Assembly (NCBI GenBank): GCA_034530875.2
Contig: JAVRCJ020000004.1
Coordinates: 1-64,000 of the forward strand
Source of the DNA: Nostoc sp. DedSLP01
GTDB taxonomy: Bacteria > Cyanobacteriota > Cyanobacteriia > Cyanobacteriales > Nostocaceae
Reading direction: 5' to 3'
Length of the DNA stretch: 64,000 nt
The notes under the pieces were generated by a model that was not told where the DNA came from, did not search any database, and saw only the letters and a program-made list of their open reading frames with translations. Shown piece by piece: positions 20,697-30,903 of the stretch. How positions within the stretch are numbered: position 1 is the first letter of the stretch; every line of letters begins with the position of its first letter. The translations under genes were made by a program, and so were the position numbers.

Positions 20697-23498
20697 ATGT
20701 ACCGCAAGAAGCTAATCGAAGTCGCATTACCACTGGAAGTAATTAACAAATTATCTGCTGAAGAAAAAGCTGTGCCTCGCCGTGGGCATCCCCAAACAAT
20801 ACATCTCTGGTTTGCAAGACGACCTTTAGCAGCTTGTCGAGCAGTGATTTTTGCTTCATTAGTAGATGACCCATCTAGTGATCTCGAAAATTTTCCAACC
20901 GAAGAAGAACAAGCCAAAGAGCGTCAGCGGCTTTTCAATATTATTGAGCAACTTGTGAAATGGGAAAATAGCAACAACCCAAGTATATTAGAAGAAGCAC
21001 GGACAGAAATTCTGAAATCCACCAATGGAAATCCACCGCCTGTACTTGATCCCTTTTGCGGTGGTGGTTCTATACCTTTAGAAGCTCAACGGTTAGGGCT
21101 AGAAGCTTATGCCAGTGATCTTAATCCAGTACCTGTTCTGATCAATAAAGCACTAATCGAAATTCCTCCCAAATTTGCAGGTAGACCACCCGTGAATCCA
21201 GAAGCACGGCAAAAAACAGACTATAGCCGAACTTGGTGTGGTGTGAAAGGACTAGCAGAAGATGTGCGTTACTACGGTCAATGGATTCGAGATGAAGCAG
21301 AAAAACGTATTGGTCATCTTTACCCAAAAGTAAAACTTCCGAAAGAACATGGCGGAGGAGAAGCGAAAGTATTAGCTTGGTTCTGGGCAAAAACTGTCAA
21401 ATGTCCAAACCCCGCCTGTAATGCAGTAATTCCCTTAGCTCGTTCATTTACAGTCTCAGTTAAAAAGAAAGAAAAAACTTGGGCTGAACCAATAATAGAT
21501 CATAGCCAAAAGCATCCAATAATACGTTTTCAGATTCAGACAGGTGATAAAAACCCACCAGATGGAACAGTGAATCGTCGAGGCACTATCTGTATTTGTT
21601 GTAGTACTCCAATACCTCTTGACTATCTGCGAACAGAAGGGATAGCAAGCAGGATAAAAAAACAAATGACAGCAATTGTTGCTGAAGGACACAGAGGGCG
21701 AGTATATTTGTCACCTGATGAGGAACAAGAAAAAATAGCAAATCAAGCTAAACCAAAGTGGATACCAGATAGAGTACTTTCGACGCATTCCCAGTACATG
21801 GCTGCACCACGCTATGGTATGACCAAACACTCTGACCTATTCACACCAAGACAACTTGTGCTTCTGACGACAATCAGCGATTTAATAAGTGAAGTTCGCC
21901 AGCAAGTATTACAAGATGCGATAACAACAGGGTCATTTGATGAAGGTATTTCTTTAAGTAATGGTGGAACTGGAGTAAAAGCTTACGCAGAAGCAGTCAC
22001 AGTTTACCTTAGTTGTGCAATAAGTCGCCTTGCAGATTATAACAACACTATTTGTTCATGGAATATCAAAGGTGGAAGTGTTGGTCATTTATTCACTAGA
22101 CAAGCAATACCAATGTCATGGGATTTCATTGAAGTCAACCCTTTAGAAAAGATGAGTGGTAATTGGCTTGGTGGAATTGAATGGATAAGTGATGTTCTTG
22201 AAAATCTTGTTGCCACAAAAAGTTGTTCCGTAATTCAGCAAGATGCAGTAGTGCTTGAAACAAAGGTGAGGCCTTGTATTAGCACCGATCCTCCCTACTA
22301 TGACAATGTACCATATGCTGATTTATCTGATTTCTTTTATATTTGGTTGCAACCTTCGTTAAACGAAATTTATCCTGATTTATTTAGAGCGTCACTCACT
22401 CCGAAAATACAAGAACTGGTGGCAGATCAATTTCGTTTTGGTAGCCGTGAAAAAGCTCGGCAAGTCTTTGAAGACAGGTTAAGCAAAGCTTTTTATCGTA
22501 TGCGTGAAGTAGCGAATTATGATTATCCACTGACAATCTTTTACGCTTTTAAACAGTCAGAAATTGAAGAAGATGATGGTAAGAGTAGCCATAACACTGT
22601 AGTAGCATCTACTGGCTGGGAAACGATGCTTGAAGGTTTACTAAAAGCAAACTTCGTTATTCAAGGAACTTGGCCAATGCGAACAGAACGTAATGCGCGA
22701 ACTCGTGGTATCGGCAGCAATGCTTTAGCCTCATCGATTGTCCTCGTCTGTCGCCCTCGCCCAGAAACCGCCCCATCTAGTACTCGTCGCCAATTTGTCA
22801 ATTATCTCAAACGTGAACTCCCCGACGCACTGCAAAAACTCCAACAAGGCAACATTGCCCCTGTAGACTTGGCACAAGCCAGCATCGGCCCTGGTATGGC
22901 GATTTACTCCCGCTACAGCAAAATCTTAGAAGCAGACGGCACGCCAATGTCAGTCCGCACCGCTCTACAACTAATTAACCAAACCTTAGACGAATTTTTC
23001 GCCGAACAAGAAGGAGAATTTGACGCTGAAACCCGCTTTGCCCTGATTTGGTTTGAACAGCACGCATTTAATGAAGGTTTATTTGGCGAAGCGGAAACCC
23101 TTTCCAAAGCTAAGAATACGGCAGTACAAGGCATGGTAGACGCTGGCATTCTCATAGCCAAGGCGGGTAAAGTACGACTGCTACGCCGCAACGAATTACC
23201 TAAAAACTGGAATCCCCAAACTGATAACCGCCTTCCTGTCTGGGAAGCGACACAGCACATGATTCGAGAATTACAAGATGGTGCTGGAAATCAAGGTGCT
23301 GCGAATTTGCTCTGTCAACTGGGAACAATAGGAGAAGCAGCAAGGGAATTAGCTTATCGGCTGTATAACATTTGCGACAGAAAAGGCTGGGCTGCTGAAG
23401 GTGTCGCTTATAACAGCTTGGTAATCTCCTGGCCAGAAATTTCTCGCCTCGCTGCCCAAACCCAAGAAACAACTCCCGTACAAATGGCTTTACTTTAA
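20697..23498 (+). CDS. DUF1156 adenine-specific DNA methyltransferase
   Basis: KKLIEVALPL, HLWFARRPLAACRA, motif I DPFCGGGSIPLEA, motif IV TDPPYYD, CPNPAC zinc ribbon. Confidence 0.92.
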   Translation: MYRKKLIEVALPLEVINKLSAEEKAVPRRGHPQTIHLWFARRPLAACRAVIFASLVDDPSSDLENFPTEEEQAKERQRLFNIIEQLVKWENSNNPSILEEARTEILKSTNGNPPPVLDPFCGGGSIPLEAQRLGLEAYASDLNPVPVLINKALIEIPPKFAGRPPVNPEARQKTDYSRTWCGVKGLAEDVRYYGQWIRDEAEKRIGHLYPKVKLPKEHGGGEAKVLAWFWAKTVKCPNPACNAVIPLARSFTVSVKKKEKTWAEPIIDHSQKHPIIRFQIQTGDKNPPDGTVNRRGTICICCSTPIPLDYLRTEGIASRIKKQMTAIVAEGHRGRVYLSPDEEQEKIANQAKPKWIPDRVLSTHSQYMAAPRYGMTKHSDLFTPRQLVLLTTISDLISEVRQQVLQDAITTGSFDEGISLSNGGTGVKAYAEAVTVYLSCAISRLADYNNTICSWNIKGGSVGHLFTRQAIPMSWDFIEVNPLEKMSGNWLGGIEWISDVLENLVATKSCSVIQQDAVVLETKVRPCISTDPPYYDNVPYADLSDFFYIWLQPSLNEIYPDLFRASLTPKIQELVADQFRFGSREKARQVFEDRLSKAFYRMREVANYDYPLTIFYAFKQSEIEEDDGKSSHNTVVASTGWETMLEGLLKANFVIQGTWPMRTERNARTRGIGSNALASSIVLVCRPRPETAPSSTRRQFVNYLKRELPDALQKLQQGNIAPVDLAQASIGPGMAIYSRYSKILEADGTPMSVRTALQLINQTLDEFFAEQEGEFDAETRFALIWFEQHAFNEGLFGEAETLSKAKNTAVQGMVDAGILIAKAGKVRLLRRNELPKNWNPQTDNRLPVWEATQHMIRELQDGAGNQGAANLLCQLGTIGEAARELAYRLYNICDRKGWAAEGVAYNSLVISWPEISRLAAQTQETTPVQMALL

Positions 23499-23613
23499 TA
23501 TTCTCTTTTTTAGCCTCAGCTAAAAACACATTATGGCTGGCTCTAAACATAGAGTCAGTTACTTTCTCATGGTCAAAGCCGGGATTTATGAAAAATTAGT
23601 ATAAAAAATAACT

Positions 23614-26600
23614 ATGTCAATTAGTAACCGCGAAAGAGTTGGCAGGGCGTTAGAACTTTTGAGAGATGGCTTATATCCCTTTGTAGAACGTGAGATGCGT
23701 TCGGTTTTTGGTGATAAATGGCTAGTTGCCGCTACATCTTTTGTTCCAGAAGACCATACCCTACGGCGTACTGTTCAACAAATTCTCAAGCAGGATGAAT
23801 CAGCCATCCTGAAGCTCATGTCTGGTCAATGGCGTGATGTCTTTAAAAAGACACTGGGAAATGCAGAAAGAAGCTTAGTTGGAGAACTCATTGACACTCG
23901 CAACTCTTGGGCGCATAACAAACCATTTTCTACAGATGATGCCTATCGCGCTCTTGATAGTGTTTCACGGTTACTTTCATCCATCTCTGCACCAGAAGCA
24001 GACGAAGTTGACAAGCAAAAACAAGAACTTTTACGAGTACGCTTTACAGAACAAGCCCGTCGGGAAACTCGCCGCGCTACTCTCCAACCTGTAGAAGGCA
24101 ATCCTACAGGGGGTTTAAAACCCTGGCGAGAAATTGTCACACCACACCCAGATGTTGCCAGTGGTCGCTATCAAGAAGCAGAATTTGCTGCTGACCTCTG
24201 GCAAGTTTATTTAGATGAAGGTTCTGATGAATACCGTATACCTACAGAGTTTTTTAGCCGTACTTTCCTCACTGAAGGGTTGAAACAACTGCTGACAAAT
24301 GCCTTAGTGCGTCTTGCTGGGAATGGAGGCGACCCTGTTATCGAACTGCAAACTAACTTTGGTGGCGGCAAAACTCACGCGATGCTGGCACTATACCATC
24401 TATTTATGGGAGTCCCAGTATCCAAATTACCAGGATTGGAGCCTGTACTAGCAGCAGCGAATGTTTCACCACCTGCAAAAGTAAATACAGCTGTACTCGT
24501 AGGCAATAAAATTTCTCCTGGTGAGGCTCAAACTAAAAAAGATGGCACTGTTATTCGCACACTTTGGGGCGAACTAGCTTGGCAATTGGGTGGTAGAGAA
24601 GCTTACGAAATGGTTCGTCAAGCAGATGAAACCTCAACTAACCCAGGCGATAACTTACGATTGTTATTTAACCGTTATGCACCCTGTTTGATTCTCATTG
24701 ATGAATGGGTGGCTTACGCCCGACAACTACACGAAATTAATGATCTACCAGGGGGGAGTTTTGACACTCACTTTACCTTTGCTCAAACTTTGAGCGAGTC
24801 AGCCAAAAATGCTAAACAAACTCTGTTGGTTGTAAGTATTCCGGCATCAGATAATGAAATTGGTGGCGATCGCGGTAAAGCAGCCTTAAGTAGACTCAAA
24901 AATGCTATCGGTAGAGTCGAATCTCCTTGGCGACCAGCAAGTGCCGATGAAAGTTTTGAAATTGTGCGGCGACGCTTGTTCCAACCCATCATCGAAGAAA
25001 GTGGCTTTGTTGCCCGTGATGCGGTCATCCGTGCTTTTGGGGAGATGTACCAAAACCAATCTCAAGAATTTCCCAGCGAGTGTCGAGAAGCCAGTTACAA
25101 GCGACGGCTAGAAAATGCCTACCCCATTCATCCAGAACTTTTTGACCGACTTTATAATGACTGGTCAACTCTCGACAAATTCCAACGCACACGGGGTGTG
25201 CTGAGATTAATGGCCAAAGTGATTCACTCCTTATGGGAAGGTCAGGACAAGAGCTTGTTAATCATGCCTGCCAGCGTGCCAATGGATGACGGACAGGTAC
25301 AAACAGAATTAACTCGCTACCTCGAAGATCACTGGGTGCCAGTAATTGAAAAAGATGTCGATGGTGATAATTCTCTACCTTTAGCGTGCGATCGCCAAAA
25401 CCCGAATTTAGGACGTTACTCTGCCTGTCGCCGCGTTGCCCGAACCATTTACCTTGGTTCCGCCCCCACTCTCAGGGCAGCTAATCGGGGTGTAGAAGAC
25501 AATCGAATTAAGTTGGGATGTGTCCAGCCTGGAGAAAGTGTAGCTACCTTTGGAGACGCACTGCGCCGACTTACTGACCAAGCCACTCACCTTTATATTG
25601 ATAACACTCGCTACTGGTTCTCAACTCAACCCAGTGTCACCAGACTTGCCCAAGACCGAGCCGAGCAAATCCAACAGGATCAGGATAAAGTTTGGGATGA
25701 AATCATTCGCAGACTGAGGGCTGACAAGCAAAGAGGAGAGTTTACGGCAGTGCATATTGCTCCTGATTCTTCTGCCGATGTGCCTGATGAAATGAATGCG
25801 AGGTTAGTTGTCTTAGGGCCACAGCATCCTCATAAAAATAAGGAAAGTAATACCCCAGCCCTAACCAGAGGAAACGAAATACTTCACAACAAGGGGGCCA
25901 GTCCACGGTACTGCAAAAATATGTTGTTATTTTTAGCAGCAGATAAAGCCAAACTGGAGCTATTAGAGCAATCTGTTTGTCAGTACTTAGCTTGGAATTC
26001 AATTGTCAGCGATAAAGAAGCTTTGAACTTAGATGTTTTTCAAAGCAATCAGGCAACAACTAAGCAACAGCAAACAGATAAAGATGTCAAAAGTTTAATC
26101 CAAGAAGCTTACATCTGGCTCATCGTGCCAAGTCAACCCGACCCTCAAGGGGAAATTGAATGGCAGGAAATCAGGTTACAAAAACAAGACTCTCCAATTC
26201 TACAAGCCAGCCGCAAAGCAGTACACGAAGAACACTTGATACCTAATTATGCTGCTAGTCGCCTACGCTTGGAAGCCCTTGATCCTTACCTTTGGCGAGA
26301 TGTAAATCACCTTGACCTCAAGAAATTGTGGGAGTACCTTGCTTATTACTTGTACTTACCACGCCTCAAAAATCAACAGGTATTATTACAAGCGATCGCA
26401 GAAGGTGTAGCATCCTTACTATTAAATGACAACTTTGCTTACGCCACAGGCTACGATGAATCAAAAGGACGTTATCTGGGTTTGAAAGCAGCTGAACATA
26501 TTACTGTAGCTCTTAGCAGCCAAAATTTAATAGTTAAACCAGAAGTAGCGCAACATCAGCTTGAGGAAGATGCTGCTAAACCTGTAACTCCACTAGTAGT

Positions 26601-26937
26601 TAAAGAACGAACAGGAAGCTATAAGACTGAAAAGGAAAAAACTATTGACACTGTAGTAACACCAGATGACTCGTCTAATGGCAAAGTAACTGTCATAGTT
26701 CCACCAAAACGTTTCTATGGTTCAGTCAAATTGGATGCATTGCGATTACGACGTGACGTAGGACAAATAGCAGACGAGGTTATTCAACACCTTAGTAGTT
26801 TGGTGGGTGCTGAAGTAGAAATTACTTTGGAACTTCAAGTCACTGTTCCAGAAGGTGTACCAGAGAATGTGATTCGCACAGTCAGCGAAAACTGTCGGGT
26901 TCTCAAATTTAGTAATCAGGAATTTGAACAAGAATGA
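23614..26937 (+). CDS. Swt1-type HEPN domain fused to DUF499 AAA+ ATPase
   Basis: HEPN RxxxxH motif RNSWAH; LKPWREIVTPH, EFAADL, Walker A QTNFGGGKTH, LILIDE, YPIHPE, FQRTRGVLRL. Confidence 0.9.
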   Translation: MSISNRERVGRALELLRDGLYPFVEREMRSVFGDKWLVAATSFVPEDHTLRRTVQQILKQDESAILKLMSGQWRDVFKKTLGNAERSLVGELIDTRNSWAHNKPFSTDDAYRALDSVSRLLSSISAPEADEVDKQKQELLRVRFTEQARRETRRATLQPVEGNPTGGLKPWREIVTPHPDVASGRYQEAEFAADLWQVYLDEGSDEYRIPTEFFSRTFLTEGLKQLLTNALVRLAGNGGDPVIELQTNFGGGKTHAMLALYHLFMGVPVSKLPGLEPVLAAANVSPPAKVNTAVLVGNKISPGEAQTKKDGTVIRTLWGELAWQLGGREAYEMVRQADETSTNPGDNLRLLFNRYAPCLILIDEWVAYARQLHEINDLPGGSFDTHFTFAQTLSESAKNAKQTLLVVSIPASDNEIGGDRGKAALSRLKNAIGRVESPWRPASADESFEIVRRRLFQPIIEESGFVARDAVIRAFGEMYQNQSQEFPSECREASYKRRLENAYPIHPELFDRLYNDWSTLDKFQRTRGVLRLMAKVIHSLWEGQDKSLLIMPASVPMDDGQVQTELTRYLEDHWVPVIEKDVDGDNSLPLACDRQNPNLGRYSACRRVARTIYLGSAPTLRAANRGVEDNRIKLGCVQPGESVATFGDALRRLTDQATHLYIDNTRYWFSTQPSVTRLAQDRAEQIQQDQDKVWDEIIRRLRADKQRGEFTAVHIAPDSSADVPDEMNARLVVLGPQHPHKNKESNTPALTRGNEILHNKGASPRYCKNMLLFLAADKAKLELLEQSVCQYLAWNSIVSDKEALNLDVFQSNQATTKQQQTDKDVKSLIQEAYIWLIVPSQPDPQGEIEWQEIRLQKQDSPILQASRKAVHEEHLIPNYAASRLRLEALDPYLWRDVNHLDLKKLWEYLAYYLYLPRLKNQQVLLQAIAEGVASLLLNDNFAYATGYDESKGRYLGLKAAEHITVALSSQNLIVKPEVAQHQLEEDAAKPVTPLVVKERTGSYKTEKEKTIDTVVTPDDSSNGKVTVIVPPKRFYGSVKLDALRLRRDVGQIADEVIQHLSSLVGAEVEITLELQVTVPEGVPENVIRTVSENCRVLKFSNQEFEQE

Positions 26938-27182
26938 AGTTGAGGTAAATAAAACTTGTTAGATAAACTGTCGCGTCTTTACTTTTCCAAAGCATTTTTG
27001 ATTTATCACGAGTTATCGGTATTTAAAAAGTGCAACTTGTAAGCGCGACAGCTTGGTAATAAGGTAAAGCATTATGTCACTCTCAAAGAAGTAACGGTAA
27101 GAAGTGCGATCGCTGTATTAATTTTAGTAAATACCAAATTATTACCCGTAATAACGAAATTCCTAGTCAATCGTCCCTAATA

Positions 27183-27220
27183 AAGCTAAACCCGTCAGAT
27201 GTCTGACGGGCTTTTTAGCA
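27183..27220. terminator. Hairpin, probable terminator
   Basis: CCCGTCAGA-tg-TCTGACGGG followed by a T-run. Confidence 0.5.
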
Positions 27221-27280
27221 CTTTGGGAGCAGAATTGATAATTTCATCTATCCATTGCCTGAGAGAATCGTTTTCTTCTC

Positions 27281-27538
27281 TCAGGCTGCTAATTTTCCCA
27301 AGTATTCATTCTGGAGTACAGCAACCTGTTGCTTTAAGGTCTCTAAGTCCGCTTGCATTTTGGCTAAATCTGGAGTTCCTTGGGATTCTTCAGCCAGGTA
27401 AGAACGAATCCAACCCATGATTAATTCTGAGGCTGTCTTTCCCTCAGTTTTAACTTTGTCCATAAAAGCTTCTTTAGTCTCATCGTCCATTCTGACAATG
27501 ATTTGATTACTCAGCTTTGTTGTTTGTCGTTTTACCAT
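27281..27538 (-). CDS. Ribbon-helix-helix (CopG/Arc-like) small regulator with coiled-coil tail
   Basis: QIIVRMDDETKEAFMDKVKTEGKTASELIMGWIRSYL fits a beta-alpha-alpha RHH pattern. Confidence 0.7.
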   Translation of the reverse strand: MVKRQTTKLSNQIIVRMDDETKEAFMDKVKTEGKTASELIMGWIRSYLAEESQGTPDLAKMQADLETLKQQVAVLQNEYLGKLAA

Positions 27539-27735
27539 ATTCCTTTGTGCTTGAAATTATTAATCTGTAATAACTCTATTTACCTTAATTGTGACGAATT
27601 TTAAAAATTTTGTAGTAACGCTATTGTTTTGGTAACAACAAGTAATTACAATAGAGTAACAAAGCAAAGGCGATCGCTTGTCTCTGGCCGGAGGGCGATC
27701 GCCTTTTGTTCAACCCCATCAATGAGGTTACTCAG

Positions 27736-28038
27736 ATGATTGTACAAGATGAGTTTAGCAACTCAGTTTCAACTGAATTAGAGTTTGAGGAGTATATTGA
27801 CCACCTTGCTGACCCAGTACCACCAGAAATTGAAATTGACTCAGTACCAGATGAGCTTGGAGAACTGTATCGAGTTTGGAACAGTTACCATCTGTTGGGT
27901 ACTTTTTATCATAATCTTGAGGGTAAATGGGTAGCACAACCCTGTAATAGTGATGAAAGACCCTGTTGTGATACTCCTGAATTAGCTCAAGTTTTCATTA
28001 TTGCTGTTAACGGATTGCTAGTTGCAGATGTAGCATAA
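27736..28038 (+). CDS. Small acidic hypothetical protein, divergent from the RHH gene
   Basis: ORF with RBS GAGG upstream of ATG 27736; GELYRVW..LLGTFY..W motif. Confidence 0.65.
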   Translation: MIVQDEFSNSVSTELEFEEYIDHLADPVPPEIEIDSVPDELGELYRVWNSYHLLGTFYHNLEGKWVAQPCNSDERPCCDTPELAQVFIIAVNGLLVADVA

Positions 28039-28157
28039 CAGCATTTATCAACTTTCCCCCATCACCCAGAGACGTGGTGAAATTCACGTCTCTTTCTTAC
28101 TCAGCAACTGCTTCAATATGAATTTTTATTTCTCATATCAGTGCTGACGCATCTTGA

Positions 28158-28406
28158 TTACAAATCAGTCTCTACCTCAACACTGTAATTCGTGAAGAGA
28201 GCAGAAATAGAGATGTTCAGAGCCTTTGCCAGTTTTTCAATGTTTTTGAGCGAGGGATTGCGGCTTCCCGTTTCGATACTAGAAATGTAATTACGATGAA
28301 GGCCGGCTTTTTCAGCCAGTTCTTCCTGAGAGTAATCCAATTCTCTGCGTCTTCGTCTGATCGCTTTTCCAAAGCGATATTCAATGTTCGAGTTATTTTG
28401 CCTCAC
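28158..28406 (-). CDS. XRE/HTH_3 (C-protein-like) transcriptional regulator, divergent from cas12k in the CvkR position
   Basis: FGKAIRRRRRELDYSQEELAEKAGLHRNYISSIETGSRNPSLKNIEKLAKAL is a canonical XRE HTH. Confidence 0.9.
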   Translation of the reverse strand: MRQNNSNIEYRFGKAIRRRRRELDYSQEELAEKAGLHRNYISSIETGSRNPSLKNIEKLAKALNISISALFTNYSVEVETDL

Positions 28407-28439
28407 AGCCTAATGGTGAGGTAGTACCGATAATAAATC

Positions 28440-28476
28440 TACACATAATAAATGTTTTTTTGCACACTATAAGTGT
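28440..28476 (+). promoter_or_regulatory. Candidate double operator in the regulator/cas12k divergent promoter
   Basis: Two palindromes 21 bp apart: ACAT-aataa-ATGT (28443-28455) and ACACT-ata-AGTGT (28464-28476); motif repeated upstream of tnsB. Confidence 0.65.
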
Positions 28477-28525
28477 TATTTTGAGAAAACTGGTGCATTT
28501 AGTACAGTGTGGAGGCTAAAAAATT

Positions 28526-30451
28526 ATGAGTGTGATAACGATTCAATGTCGTCTAGTTGCCAGTGAATCTACTCGCCGTTATCTTTGGCACATGATGACA
28601 GAGAAAAATACACCTCTAATTAACGAATTACTTGAGCAGGTAAGAAAGCATTCTGATATAGAAAAGTGGTTGAAGAAAGGTAAACTTCCTGATGGAGTAG
28701 TCAAACCACTATGCGACTCCCTGATAGCTCAAGAACGCTTTGCCGATCAGCCCAAGCGTTTTTACAAATCAGCTATTGAGGTAGTGGAGTATATTTACAA
28801 ATCTTGGTTGGCTTTACAGAAGGAGCGACAACAAAAAATAGACAAAAAAGAGCATTGGCTTAATATACTTAAAAGTGATATAGAACTTCAGCAAGAATGT
28901 AACCGTACTTTAGATGTTATTCGCGCTCAGGCTATTAAAATATTGCCTCAATATATTGCTAAGGCTGAAGAAAATAATACTCAAAATACTAATATTAAAA
29001 AGACAACTAAATCTAAAAAAAGTAAAAGTCACAAAGATAATTCCACACTGTTTGATATCTTATTTAAAGCTTACGATAAAGCAAAAAACCCTCTCAAACG
29101 ATGTACCCTTGCTTACCTGCTAAAAAATAACTGTCAGGTGACTGAGCTAGAGGAAAATCCTGAACAGTATGCTCTACGCCGTAGTAGGAAAGAGAAAGAG
29201 ATTGAACGTCTTAAAGAACAACTGAAATCGAGAAAACCTAATGGTCGCGATTTGAAAGGACAAGAATGGCTACAGACGCTCTTGACAGCAACGACAACAG
29301 TACCTGAAAGTGACAATGAAGCTGATGAATGGCAGAAATGTCTATTAAAAAAAACCAAGTATCTGCCGTTCCCAGTCCAATTTAATACCAATGAAGACTT
29401 AGTTTGGTCAAAAAATAAAAAAGGTCGTATATGTGTTAGCTTTGCAGGTAAGGGTTTAAGTGATTATACATTTGAAATCTACTGCGACAATAGACAACTT
29501 CATTGGTTTCAACGTTTTTTACAAGATCAGGAAATTAAACATAACAACAAAGGCAAGCATTCAGCAGCACTGTTTACTCTACGTTCAGGACGTTTAGCTT
29601 GGCAAGAAAATCAGGTAACAGGTTCTCCTTGGAACATTCACCGATTAACCCTTTCTTGCAGTCTTGACACTCGTTTCTGGACAACTGAAGGAAGTCACGA
29701 AGTTCAGCAGGAAAAAGCAAATGAAATTGCTCAAGAATTGCTCAATATGCAACAGAAGGGTAAGCTGAATCAGAATCAACAAAACTATGTTAAACGTCTA
29801 AATTCTACACTAACGAAATTAGCTCATCCTTTTCCTCGCCCCATTAAGCCCTTATATTTGGGAAAACCATCCATTATCGTTGGGGTCAGCCTTGGTTTAC
29901 AGAAACCAGCAACAGTTGCTGTAGTTGATGTTTCTACTAGCAAAGTTGTTGCCTATCGCAGTGTTAAACAGCTGCTAGGTAAAAATTACAAGTTACTTAA
30001 CCGCCAGCGGCAGCAGCAGCAACGTAATTCTCATGAACGCCACAAAGCTCAAAAAAACAACACACTAAATAAGTTATCAGAATCTGAGTTAGGAAAGCAC
30101 ATTGATAACTTACTAGCACAAGCAATTATCGCGTTAGCTAAAAATTATCAAGCCACCAGCATTGTTCTACCCACAATGAAAAATGTACGTGAGAGCATCC
30201 AAAGTGAAATAGAAGCTAGAGCAGTAAAAAGATGTCCTAATTACAAAGAAGGTCAGCAACAGTATGCTAAACAGTACCGCCAGAGCATTCACCTTTGGAG
30301 TTACAACAGATTGATGGAGTGTATTCAGACTCAAGCACGTAAGGCAAACATTTCTATAGAAGAAGGGCCACAACCTATTGTAGATAGTCCTCAAGAAAAA
30401 GCGCGAGATTTAGCGATCGCAGCTTACTATTTTCGTCAAAATAAATCTTAA
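28526..30451 (+). CDS. cas12k: Cas12k (C2c5), nuclease-inactive type V-K effector
   Basis: MSVITIQCRL start, NTPLINELL, YCDNRQLHWFQRF, GVSLG (RuvC-I D to S), IVLP (RuvC-II E to P), YAKQYR..HLWSY; 641 aa. Confidence 0.97.
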   Translation: MSVITIQCRLVASESTRRYLWHMMTEKNTPLINELLEQVRKHSDIEKWLKKGKLPDGVVKPLCDSLIAQERFADQPKRFYKSAIEVVEYIYKSWLALQKERQQKIDKKEHWLNILKSDIELQQECNRTLDVIRAQAIKILPQYIAKAEENNTQNTNIKKTTKSKKSKSHKDNSTLFDILFKAYDKAKNPLKRCTLAYLLKNNCQVTELEENPEQYALRRSRKEKEIERLKEQLKSRKPNGRDLKGQEWLQTLLTATTTVPESDNEADEWQKCLLKKTKYLPFPVQFNTNEDLVWSKNKKGRICVSFAGKGLSDYTFEIYCDNRQLHWFQRFLQDQEIKHNNKGKHSAALFTLRSGRLAWQENQVTGSPWNIHRLTLSCSLDTRFWTTEGSHEVQQEKANEIAQELLNMQQKGKLNQNQQNYVKRLNSTLTKLAHPFPRPIKPLYLGKPSIIVGVSLGLQKPATVAVVDVSTSKVVAYRSVKQLLGKNYKLLNRQRQQQQRNSHERHKAQKNNTLNKLSESELGKHIDNLLAQAIIALAKNYQATSIVLPTMKNVRESIQSEIEARAVKRCPNYKEGQQQYAKQYRQSIHLWSYNRLMECIQTQARKANISIEEGPQPIVDSPQEKARDLAIAAYYFRQNKS

Positions 30452-30490
30452 TCTTCAGATTGAGCAAATATACTGAACGTTGACAATAAA

Positions 30491-30712
30491 ATAAGTAATA
30501 GCGCCGCAGTTCATGTTCTTTGTAACCGCTGAACTGTGAAAAATCTGGGGTAGTTTGACTATTGGAAGATAGTCTTGCTTTCTGACCCTAGTAGCTGCTC
30601 ACCCTGATGCTGCTGTCTCCGGACAGGAATAAGGTGCGCTCCCAGCAATAAGGGCGCGGATATACTGCTGTAGTGGCTACTAAATCACCTCCGACCAAGG
30701 GGGAACCCATAC
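30491..30712 (+). ncRNA. Type V-K tracrRNA
   Basis: Blocks conserved with the ShCAST tracrRNA: AATAGCGCCGCAGTTCATG, CTTGCTTTCTGACCC, GCTGCTCACCCTGATGCTGCTGTC, GGTGCGCTCCCAGCAATAAGGGCGCGGAT, CAAGGGGGAACCC; ends approximate. Confidence 0.92.
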
Positions 30713-30903
30713 CAATCCTTGTTTCCAAGCATTAGAAGAGATTAAAAATTTTCAGTCGATTCGCACTTGCTTGTAGTGAAAGGATTTTAGCGTTTAATGG
30801 GACACAGTTTGCTCATTCAAACGGTAGTTGAAGAAGCATGGAATATAGATCCGCGCTATCAATTCTGGAATCCTGCGAAAAACAAGGATTTTATAGAGGA
30901 AGG

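Noticed and set aside
28526..30451. Active Cas12 nuclease or TnpB
   Set aside because: RuvC catalytic residues are substituted (GVSLG, IVLP) and the tns context identifies Cas12k
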